The notes below the pieces were generated by a model. The model was not told the origin of the DNA and did no database searches. It saw only the letters and a list, made by a program, of their open reading frames with translations. A stretch of DNA of 33,524 nt, from contig NW_025214825.1 in the NCBI RefSeq assembly GCF_004010195.1, positions 9,050 to 42,573 on the forward strand. Reading direction: 5' to 3'. Source of the DNA: Chiloscyllium plagiosum (Eukaryota). The stretch's first letter is position 1. Each line of letters opens with the position of its first letter. Of the stretch, positions 12,075 to 22,284 are shown in pieces. The translations under genes were made by a program, and so were the position numbers.

Positions 12075-12961
12075 CGAAGCTCCTTGGATGCTGCCTGAAC
12101 TGCTGTGCTCTTCCAGCACCACTAATCCAGAATCTCGTTTCCAGCATCTGCAGTCATTGTATTTATCTCAATCCTTACTCTAGTTGCACGCTTTTTCCTT
12201 TTATATGAGTAAAAAGAATTGAGATTTTCCTTAAACGTGCATGTCACGTGGCCCCATTTAGCCTTCTTAGTTCATCGTTTCGGGTTGGTCATACATTCCC
12301 GATATTTTACAAACCTTCATCTGTCTTCAGTCGCCTAAACCCTGTGCACGCTTTCTTTTTCCTCTGAGCTAACGCAACAATTTCACCTATCATCCATTGT
12401 TCTCTAATCTTGTCATTTCTATCCCTCATTTTCACAGTAACCTATCTCTCCTGAACTCGAATCAACCTCGCTTGAAAAGACCTCTAACGTATCAAATCCG
12501 GATTTACCTTCAAACGGCTGCTCCCAATCTATCTTCTCCATCTCCTCCCGAGTTTTGGTGTTATTGGATATCTCCCAATTTAGCAGCTTCATTTTGGTCC
12601 ACACTGCTCTTTGTCCATAAGTATTGTATATCTTACGGTATTGTGACCAATATTCCCAAAGTAATTCCCTACTGAAACTTCCAACACCTGGCCAGACTCA
12701 TTCCCCAAAACCAGGTTCATTGCAGCCCCTTCGCAAGCTGGACTAGTTGCATACTGCGGTAGAAAACACTACTGGATACTCCGTATAAATTCATCTCCAT
12801 CCATACCTCCACCGCTACGTAAATACCAATCAATTTGGAAAACTAAGATCTCCTATCGCCACCACGCTGTTGCTCCGACGTCATGTCATAATCCGTTTAC
12901 ATATGCTTCTCCCTCCCGTTTACCTCCCTTCACTTCCCGCCCAAAGCATCGATATCTGAGG

Positions 12962-13110
12962 ATTTTTAGTTGCCAAAAATACCCTTTTGTCAACCATGTC
13001 TCACGAATTGCAATAGCATTTAAGAAGGTTAAGAAGGCATTTGGTCTGCTTGCTGTAATTGCTCAGATCTTCGGTCATAGGAATTGGGACATCATGTTAA
13101 GGTTGGACAG
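12962..13110 (+). repeat. Arm 1 of a 149-bp inverted duplication (partner 14675-14823)
   Basis: Manual comparison: 147/149 identical to the reverse complement of 14675-14823. Confidence 0.95.
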
Positions 13111-14243
13111 GACAATGTTGAGGCATCTCCTGGAGTAATATGACAAATATTGGTTACCGTGTTATATTGAGGATATTTTAGGTTGTGGAGGGTTCAGAAG
13201 GGATTAGGAAGGCTGTTTCCATGAAAATTGCGTTTGAATCAAATCCAATAAAACAGCTCAGTTTCCGTCGGCAGGGTCAGCAGTATGCATCTTTCTGATT
13301 GTTCTGTGAAAAATGGCTTCCACAGACATGTTGTGTCAAATCTGGTAAAAAATCTCACAGCATTTTTTTTGGGCAGAACAGATTGGAGATGTCTGCAAAA
13401 TGAGGTATATACAAAGTGCTGGGTGTCTTTCAGGGATGGAGGTTAGAGATCGGATAGATCATCCTCAGGTTCAGAAAGGAAAGGGGAAGAAGGCTGCACG
13501 GACTGGGAATCAACGTCGGGGTTTTCATCAGGAACTGGAAGTCGAGGCACCTGCGAGTTCGTTGGAGAGGATGGCGACAACAGTGAACTGAACCAAACAT
13601 GGGGTTGTGTGTAGATTTACTTCGATTTCTCGTCCAGAAGTTTCAAATGCAAGGGAAAGCTGCAAGTCGCTCAAATTCGATACTGGCTCAATGGTGCGAA
13701 TTTGGACCGGATGGGGATATGGGTGCATGCCCATCAGCTAGAGTTCTTGAAATTTTGTGCACAAACTAATGTATGTGACTCCTGTTTTTGGAGGTTATCA
13801 GGTTATCGATTGTGTCCCAATTAATCATAGTTAGTGAAGGAAAGAAACTAAAAAATGTCATGAAAGGCAGAGAGATCAGGCTGAGCCATTCGCGGAAGGA
13901 GGCTGAACCGGTATCTCTTCAGGACCTTCTGGTTTTCCTCCCGGGTTTCACACTCTTTTGCATTGCATCGCGTATGTCCTTTTCGGCCTCCAACTGATTT
14001 TGCCTGAAGTGCAGATGACCAGCACGTCAAGTGACAGACATTTTCACCAAGGCCCCAATTGGTCCCGTTCCTAATTATTTGCATGGCGTACATGTGAAAA
14101 TAAAATATGAAGTGTTTTGGTTAACAGATGCAGGTATTTCCCAATTGTTCAACATTATTGTCGCTGCGTCGTCAGCCGTTAGGATTGTTTTGTTTGATCT
14201 ACTCAAACATCTGCTATTATTAGACTACATGCATAAAAATGTA

Positions 14244-14465
14244 TGCGAGAGGAGTGAATAGTCACTACTTCTTTACAAGTTGGAGACGAGTAGAAGTGCC
14301 AGGACGCAAGGAACTGGTTCAACAAAAAACAGGACATTCCCTTTACAGCATTTGTCTTTTTTTTTCGACAAATCAGTTATTCTTCAGTTCTTTACTCAGC
14401 CGCTTTCTGAACATCTGGGTGCCACCAAGTTTGTAAAGAAGTAGTGACTATTCACTCCTCTCGCA
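14244..14465. repeat. Perfect 35-bp inverted repeat with 152-bp spacer
   Basis: tgcgagaggagtgaatagtcactacttctttacaa (14244-14278) versus ttgtaaagaagtagtgactattcactcctctcgca (14431-14465). Confidence 0.95.
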
Positions 14466-14539
14466 CGTGAGTGTGGAGATCAACTAAAACAGGCATCAGC
14501 AATTAAGGAACACAACATTTCCACCAGTGCCCACCCACA

Positions 14540-15960
14540 TTATGGTTTGAGAATCGAGGGATAACCCTGTTTGAAGCCATAGGTTGTGAAATTCAGCAGG
14601 GCCTTCCACTGTGATGACTGTACCTTACGGAGATCTGAATTGTCCGTCCTTATCTTGTCTCGAACCAGGTTTTGCTGTCCAACCTTAACATGATGTCCCA
14701 ATTCCTATGACCGAAGACCTGAGCAATTACAGCAAGCAGGCCAAATGCCTTCTTAACCTTCTTAAATGCTATTGCAATTCGTGAGACATGGTTGACAAAA
14801 GGGTATTTTTGGCAACTAAAAATGCATCAGTTAATTCAGCGTGAGTCGAAGATTTTAATAACCGCCAGGCTGGTTGGACAAACCAGGATTACTAAAAGGA
14901 TGTCTCTTGGAGGTTAAATTCACTGAGTTTCCACAAGTCTACGTTACCGTGGGTCACATCAAATTTACCACGACAGCCAGTGTGTATTCACAGAATTTCT
15001 CCTTGCTAGGATGCAAGCAAGCCGATCACCAGGTTATCTCCAAGTGTACATTCAGGACGCATCGCCCCCACAGTAGTTATATTTCCACAGTTAAAGCAAA
15101 GGCTCGTCATTTGTTCCCAGGCGTTATAGCTGATTCGTCCCCGGTCGTAAATGTGCAGTACTGAGGCCTGTCTGTCCCCATATCCAGGGTTTCCTTGTGA
15201 AAGGGTTGCTCAGCAGTGCTCGCTGGGTGGTCATCGGAGTTACCTTCCAGCCCCAACCTTGTTCCCAATCAAACGTCTAACACACAGTAGACGGCATGCG
15301 GGATCGCGAGGGCACTGGATATAATCATTTTTACCTGTAAGTCGCGTCGTGGTTCAGTCTAGTTCTGGCCATCCTAATAGAAAATCACTGTCCACCCCAC
15401 TTGCGACTGGAAATTCCTGGACTGTTCATATTGTTTGTCTGGATCATGTCAGTGACAGCACGAGAAAGATGCGTCGGGTGAAACAAAAGTGAATCAGCTT
15501 CTCGATTATTTTCCAAATGTGAGCTATATGACACCTCCCTCAGAGAGGGACCACTTATTTCAGTTTAATAACACAAACCATTCAACTTCAGGCCACTCCC
15601 AGAACTCTGCTGACTTGACAACTGTATCATCCTTTGGACATATTGAGCAAATTGGGCCATTTTGATCATGCACTCAGTATCTCGCTCTGATTGCTCTGAT
15701 TCCCCGGATGGTGGCTGGTTTAGGATAGCTCAGCCCGCTTATTCCCATGATATCAGCCATGAAGATTGGACGCTTTAGTTTCAAAAGAAGGAAGGGTTTG
15801 TCATGAGGGGGTGTGCTGGGGACAATTAGGTGATCTTAACGGCTCATTGTGTATCCTGGAATAAAGTCCCCATTCCTCATTCCTATCAGTGTCATCACAA
15901 TCCTCAAATACTGGCAGTATGCCAGCCATAGGCTTGGTATTCCTGAAGAGCATAATGTCA
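14540..15960 (-). pseudogene. Unrecognised decayed ORF(s) downstream of env (candidate viral accessory gene)
   Basis: Stop-poor minus-strand frames: ..GPICSICPKDDTVVKSAEFWEWPEVEWF.. and ..AWEQMTSLCFNCGNI..HTGCRGKFD..HAELTDA|QNLVRDKIR..QWKALLNFTTYGFKQGYP. The frame continues across the 149-bp insertion if one junction base is treated as microhomology. Confidence 0.4.
14675..14823 (-). repeat. Arm 2 of a 149-bp inverted duplication (copy of 12962-13110)
   Basis: Contains the same CR1 inversion junction as arm 1 and is flanked by non-CR1 sequence on both sides. Confidence 0.95.
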
Positions 15961-15974
15961 TTCTGTTTAGTCAA

Positions 15975-18900
15975 CAGTACAGTGCTGAAAAGATCAGCAG
16001 GTTAAGCAGCATCCGAGGAGTAGTAGAACCGACGTTTTGGGGAAAAAGCCCTTCATCAGGAAAGAGACGGGGAGGGAGGGGCTGGGGTGAAGGGAGCTGA
16101 GGTGGAGGTAGTGATGATAGGTCGAAGCGGGGGGTGATGTTGAACAGGTGTGAAGTAAGATAGACAGATGAGACGTGCCATGAGAAAGGTGCTGGGGTAA
16201 GATGGCGAAATGGGGAAATGAGGAAACTGATGAAATTCACATTGCTGCTACGAGGCAGAAGATGAGGCGTCCTTCCTCCAGGCGTCGCGTGATGAGGGAT
16301 TGACGATGGAGGAGGCTTACGATCTGCAAGTCACCTACAGAGTGCGAGGGGGAGTTGAACTATTGGTCAAGGGGTGGTCTGATTGATTGATGCGGATAAC
16401 CCAGAGGCGTGATCTGAAGCCCTCTAAATGTCGTGTCCTGTCTTCCCAGTGTGGAGGAGACAACATCGGGAGCAACAGACCAGAAAAGACTTGTGTGGAT
16501 GCGTAGGTGAAACATTGATGAATGTGGCAGATTCCTTTTGGGCTTAGAAGGAGATAAGTGGGAAGTTGTGGTCGGAGGTTTTGCAATTCCTGCGGTGGCA
16601 CAGGAAGGTATTGGAAGCCGTGGTGGCTTTTTATGAGGGCATGATTCTGACAATGTTGTGGAGGGAATAGTCTTTCCGGAAAGCAGATATGTTCGCGGAG
16701 GAAATTATATCTTTGGTGATGCGGTCCGTTTGCAGTTGACAAAAATGATCGAGGATGATGAGATGTATAAGGAGATTGGTGGGGAGAAGCTGAGTGGTTG
16801 GAGGTCGGGTTTCGAGGGTGAAGGTGCGGGATGTGGTTGAGATGCACTGGAGGGAATCATCCCCAGCGTGGGTGGGAAAATTCCATTCTTTAAAGAAATA
16901 GGACATCTGGTATGTTCTGTGGTGGAAATTCTCCTCCTGGGAGCAGATGCGGTGGAGGAAGAGCAGTTGAGAAAAAAATATAGCATTTGTGCAGGAGGCA
17001 GGGTAGGAGGACCTTTACTCCAGGTAGCTCCGGGAGTCAGTGAGTTTGTGGAAAATGTCAGTGTTTGGTTGGTCACCGTCGGTGGAGATGGGGAGGTCCA
17101 GGAAAGGGAGAGTGCTATCAGATATTATCCAGATGAATTGAAGGTGATGTGGAATGTGTTGCTGATTTTAATGAATGTTCAACCTCCTCATGGGAGGACG
17201 AGGTGGCGCTGACGCAGTCATCAATGTAGCGGAGGATAATGTGGAGAGAGTTGACGGTGTAACTACGAGAGATGGAATGTTCCAACGGCCGACAGAGACA
17301 GGCATCGCTGGGGTCCTTGCGGTGCTCATGGCTCCCTCTTTCATCTGAAAGAAGTGGGATTCGAAGGAGAAATGTTTGAGGATAAGGACCACTTCAGCGA
17401 AGGGAAGAAAGGTGTCAGTGGGAGGGTACTAGTGGGGACATCGGTAGGAGGTAACAGAGTGAATGGAGGTCCTGGCCATGACGGATGGTGGTGTATAGTG
17501 ACTGAATGTCCATGGTGAAGATGAGCTATTGGGGGTCAGGGAAACTGAGGTCTTGGAGGACGTCGAGGGCATGGGTGGAGTCGCGAATAGATGTGGTGTG
17601 TTCTCAGACTGGGTTTGGTTAGAACAGTAAAAAGGCATATGGAGATGAATTTGGAGGCGCACACAAAGGCTGAGATGATAGGTGCTGGGGTACCCAGGCT
17701 TGTAAGTCTTAAGACGGAGGAGGGATTTGGCGGTGCGGAGTTCACATACTGTGAGTTTGGAAGCTGTGGGTGGGAGACCCCCTGAGGTGATGGGTTTGTG
17801 TACTGTTTGGGAGATAATGGTTTGGTGATGGGAGGTGAGGTCGTGGTCGATGGGGCAGCAGGAGGAGGTGTCTTTCAAATTCACACCCGGCTTCAGTAGT
17901 GTACAGGTCAGTGCGCTAAACTACGTGAGTTTGGTGTTGGAGTAGTGGGAGTGGACGGTTGCATGTTGTGAAGATGAGATGTTGGAGTGAAGGAGTGTGG
18001 TGGACAGCGTTAAGCAGTGAATATCTCAGTGGTAGTTGGACATAAAGAGTTTGCGGCCGGGTAACGGACTGCCACGTCTAAGCAGATGGAATGTGTTGGA
18101 GCCGGACGAGTTGGTCCTCGGAAGGTGGGCGTGAGTGTTGATTGAAAAAGTGAGCTCAGAGTCGGACACGGTGGCAGAAGTGTTCGATGTCACAACATGT
18201 ATTGAATTCATTGATGCGTGAATGGAGTTGGATGAAGATAACTGGAGTAGGGGCGGTAGAGGGGGTCCAGTAGTGCCATCATTTGACTTATTGATGACGA
18301 CCCACCTTTTCTATGGTACGGGGCGGTAACACTGAGATCTGTGCTTGGCGCGTTGTCGGTGTGCGTTGAATTGGGTATGTGGAATTTGAAGTGGTTGTGA
18401 CGATGGCAGCTGCGGGGATGGATGTGGTGAATCCCATGGTGTAGTTGATGCTGCTGGTGACAGTAGTGGTTGCAGCATGTTTGAAGCTTGTGTTGGTCTC
18501 CGCAGCAGCAGATCTTGTAGCCATTGCAGCGGCAGTTTTCGGGCCCTTTTAATGATTGTGGTGGCAGCTGTGTGGCCCGCATGGTGATCATGGCCGAGGG
18601 TGTCTGGATCTCGTGCAAATCCGGGCAGAGTTTGTCTGGTTATCCTAGCGATCATGGCAGCGGTTGTCTGGCGCTCGTCAGATAACAGCCGAGGTTGTCT
18701 GGCCATCGTAATATTTGCAGTGGTGGTTCCGTAGCCCTCATCACGATCGCGGCAGCAGTTGTCTGTCCCTCATAACAGTAGCGATGGCAGTTCTCTGATC
18801 CTCGTAGCAGTTATGGTGGCGGTTTCTGGCCCTCGTTGTGGTCACAGCAGCGGTTTTCTGTCCCTCATTGCGATCACGACGGCATTTCTCTGGCCCTCAT

Positions 18901-19040
18901 CCCGATCGTGGTTGCAATTCTGTGGCTCTCGTTGCGATGACGGTGGCACCTGTCTGGCCCTCGGAATGATGATGGCAGCAGTTTTCTGGCCCTCGTAACG
19001 ATTGTGGGGGCGTTTGTCGGCTCTCATAACGACCATGGCA
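15975..19040 (-). mobile_element. Penelope-like element, decayed (RT + GIY-YIG + pLTR)
   Basis: FSFESHFFQMKEGAM (RT), DHDLTSHHQTIISQTV, and a GIY-YIG remnant near 16450. The pLTR carries a decayed hammerhead cctgatgaagggctttttccccaaaacgtcg at 16028-16063. Confidence 0.85.
18525..19040. repeat. Degenerate about 32-bp minisatellite, about 16 units
   Basis: Consensus is approximately ggcagcggttttctggccctcgtaacgatcat, visible as recurring tctggccctc cores. Confidence 0.8.
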
Positions 19041-21630
19041 GTGGTCACCGATGTCAACACCACTGCCCCCAGAACCCCGGGATAAGCATCACTTCCCAAA
19101 TGTCATCACTCCCGGTACCACAATACCAAGCCCAACCCAGTTACAGTCTCCGCCCCCTCGCAGATCCAGCCCCATTCCAGGATCTGGCCCCCACCCCTGC
19201 CATTTTTCACTTTCTTCCCAGATCTCCCCTTCACTGTGAGCAAACAAACAATCATTCGTATCGGCAATATCTTTATTCCATCCCTTCACATACCAACGAA
19301 ATCATTATGTATTGTGACATCAAACACTGCTGCCGTGTCTGCCTCTGAGCTCACTTTTTCACGAAGACTCCTTCCCACCATCCAAGGACCCCATAACCCA
19401 TCTACAAAACACTTCACCTCCCTACTCCAACCATGCAGATCTGTTTCCTGCCCTCGAGCCCTTTACTTTGAAATGCCGACGAGATATTCACAGCCTCAAC
19501 CTGTCCACACACTTCTGCACTTCAAGGTCTTACACTCACAAAGCCCAGCCCACCACTCTCTTTGCTCCAATGTTAAACTTATCATCAAACCAGCAGAGAC
19601 GGAGGTTCAGTGGTAGTTTGGTGCACTACCTCTACACAGCTGAAGACAGGCAACAACTTAAAGACACCTCCTCCTGCCACCCATTCGACCACGACCTCAC
19701 TCCCAGCAGCAAACCATGATCTCCCAGACTGTACGCAACCTCATCACATCAGGGGATCTCCCAGACACAGCTTCCAACGCTTCGGGAATTGCTCACCACC
19801 CGATTCAAACCTATATGGAAGATCTACAAGCCTGACCACCTCTGGCGAACTGTCATCTCAACCAGGTCATGCCCCAACGAATTCATCTCCAAACAGTTCA
19901 ACGTTGCCGTTCCCAACCCCCCACCCCCACCCCCAAAAGTCCGGGCCAGGAACTCCCCTCTTATGTTTGGGATACCAGTAACGCCCTGTAGCTCCTCCAA
20001 GATTCCCGTTTCCCTGCCCCCCCCCAAAGCTTCGTCTTCACCATGGACATACAGTATGTATAAACTTCCACCCGCCATGACCAGGACATCAAGCCCTCCA
20101 TTTCTTCCTCTCCCGACCACTCCACCAGGACCCTTCCTCTGACACTCTTATTCCGTTGAACTGTACCTCACACTCAATAATTTCTCCCTTCGAATGCTGC
20201 CACTTCCTCCAGACGATAGGGGTAGCCATGGTCACCCGTAAGTGCCCGAGCTATGCCTGCCTTTTTATCGGCGACGTGGAACAGTCTATCTCCCGCAACA
20301 CTACAGACATTTTCCTCCAATACATTGATGAAGGCTGTGGCCCCATCTCATTCTCCCACGTGGAGGTTGAACAGTTCATCAACTTCAGCACACATTCTAC
20401 CGGCACGTCAAATTCAACTGGACCATCTCTGACACCTCTCTCCCCTTAATGGACCTCGCCATCTCCATCAACGGTGATCAATTGAACACTGACATATTCT
20501 GCCAACTCACCAACTCCCACAGCTACCGGGATTACACAACATCCCACCCTGCCTCCTGCAAAAAATGTTATCTTTTATTCCAAAATCCTCTGTATTTTCC
20601 GCATTTACTCCCAGGAAGTCCACAAAACACACCAGATGGCCTACTTTAAACAACGCAATTTCCCACTTACGTGGATGTTGATGCCTTCCAGCGCATCTCA
20701 TCCACATCCCGCATCTCCGCCCTAGAAACCCACCCATCCACCCGCTACAGATAAAGAATCCCGTTCCTCACCTTCTATCTCACCGTATAATCCGAATCAC
20801 CATCCGCTATATCTGCCACCTACAAACGGACACTACCACCAGAGATATATTTCTCATCCCAGCCCGATCAGCATTCTGTAATGAAAATTCCCTCGAAGAC
20901 TACCTCCTCAGAATCATGCACCCAAACATTCCTCCCTCCTCTCCCGATCCCTTCCCCTGCCAACGCAGGAACTGCAAAACCTGCGCCCTCTCCTCTCTCT
21001 CAACTCCATCTAATGCTTCAAAGAAGCCTTTAGTATTCACCAATGTTCCACCTGTACTTCCACACATGTCAATTACTAAATCATTTGCTTCCGATGCGGT
21101 TTCCTTGACATCGTCTCCGGGACACCCGCAACAATCAACCTAACCACACCGAACACATCACCTCCTACTCCCACTCTGCCAAGAGCATGCAGGTCCTGGA
21201 CCACCTCAATGACCTGTCCATTACCATCCGAGGCCTGAAGGAAAAAGGTCTCATCTTCTGCTTCGTGACCCTCCCACCCCAGGACATCAATTTGGATTCT
21301 ACCAGATTGCACATTTCCCCTCCACCCGTCTACCTCCTGTACCAACCTGTCAGCTCGGCACTGTCCTCAGGACCCGTCCATTCTGTCCATCTTTGTTCCC
21401 ATCTATCCGTTCCACCCTCTCCGCCGCCCTATCACCTTTACCCCCACCTTCAGCCAGCTATTGCACTGTCTAGCTAAAATACCCTCATCCCCACCCCATC
21501 CAATTTATCTGTCCATCCCCGCGTCGGCCAGCCTAATTCCTGATGAAGGCTTTTTGCCAAAAATATCAACTTTCCTGCTCCTCGCATTCTGCCTGACCTG
21601 CTGTGCTTTTCTCAGCAGCGTACTCTTGGC
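19040..21630 (+). mobile_element. Penelope-like element, decayed (RT + GIY-YIG + pLTR)
   Basis: HFLQTIGVAMVTRKCPSYACLFIGDVEQS..FLQYIDE (PLE RT), FPCQRRNCKTC, and GLKEKGLIFCFVTLPPQDINLD. Decayed hammerhead cctgatgaaggctttttgccaaaaatatc at about 21540. Confidence 0.88.
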
Positions 21631-21889
21631 CATTATCTACAGTATATTCTCTACCCACTTTCTCCTCTTTAATAATGTTTGTATATTCCTCGGCCTTAGT
21701 GGCCTTACACTGTTTCCCTATTTTTTTTTATTTTTTTCGAACAATTCAAGGTCAGCTAAGAACATATTCAAGCTTGTGCGAGTTCCATCTGATGCACATA
21801 TCTCTATCGCCCTATCACATGCAGAATTCTTTCAACTCGCCAGTAAGGTATCTTTCCATTCTTTAGTTTACAAGGAATGAACGCAACAG

Positions 21890-22284
21890 CATTTCAAATT
21901 ACGCAAGGACATAGAGCACTGACAATTTATAAAGAAATAAACCAATCAATCCTGACAAATAATTGCGATTTTGTGATTCAGGGCCAGTACAATTGAGTCT
22001 TAGAAGACAATGAAATAAATCATTAACGGTAATTCAGAGGTGGAAACGAAACAAGTGATGAAGACACTTTAAAAGTCACCAATGGAAATTCAATTATTCA
22101 AAATTCAAAATGAAAATCTAAAACTTGCACAGTTTCCAACTGCAGTCCATTATACTTATCTAGTGCCAATCCATTAATATAAATCCCAGATGAGAAAGCT
22201 TAAGTAATTCTGACCAGTAAGTGCTCACTTATAATGTTAAAGGTTGTGAAATGACTGCAGCTGCATTAAAACGTGTGTCTGCTT
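21890..22284 (-). pseudogene. env: Foamy-virus-like envelope TM C-terminal part and membrane anchor (part 2)
   Basis: LTL*VSTYWSELLKLSHLGFILMDW is in register with recalled PFV IKEQIERAKAELLRLDIHEGDTPAW. After a frameshift, SIGDF*S (cf. GIGNFLS), then hydrophobic GLIGLFLYKLSVL (cf. LLVILIFKIVSW). Confidence 0.7.

Larger units (their letters stand above)
11970..12170. mobile_element. Palindromic Penelope pseudo-LTR-derived mini-element inserted in CR1
   Basis: Arms 11984-12036 and 12042-12094 are reverse complements (53 bp, 2 mismatches, loop gaata). Outer atgctggaaac/gtttccagcat also pair. The tail ggatgctgcctgaactgctgtgctcttccagcacc matches the pLTR tails at about 16000 and about 21590. Confidence 0.9.
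11372..13222 (-). mobile_element. CR1 LINE, decayed, with 5' inversion (minus 11372-13021; plus 13022-13222)
   Basis: Minus: AIAIRETWL (EN), SLASVVGKLL, SCLTNLIEFFEEVTK, VPQGLVLAPLF, SKVPDDIKIEG. Plus after 13021: VKKAFGLLAVIAQ..IMLRL (post-RT). Confidence 0.85.

Noticed and set aside
13620..13825. Plus-strand GIWVHAHQLEF resembling an integrase C-terminal motif
   Set aside because: Isolated, on the opposite strand to env, with no HHCC or DDE core nearby.
13760..13910. Hepadnavirus-like echoes on the minus strand (SASFREWLSLISLPF vs HBsAg; FTNYD*LGH vs FTYMDD)
   Set aside because: No YMDD, no PMGxGLSPF and no upstream RT motifs; the match needs several indels, so it is likely chance.
13788..15960. 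Ambisense RNA-virus layout (convergent ORFs around the 35-bp hairpin)
   Set aside because: No recognisable nucleoprotein, glycoprotein or L motifs. The perfect arms look recent, and the minus strand is also stop-poor left of the hairpin.
18525..19040. CRISPR-like array
   Set aside because: Contiguous degenerate units without unique spacers, eukaryotic context and no cas genes.
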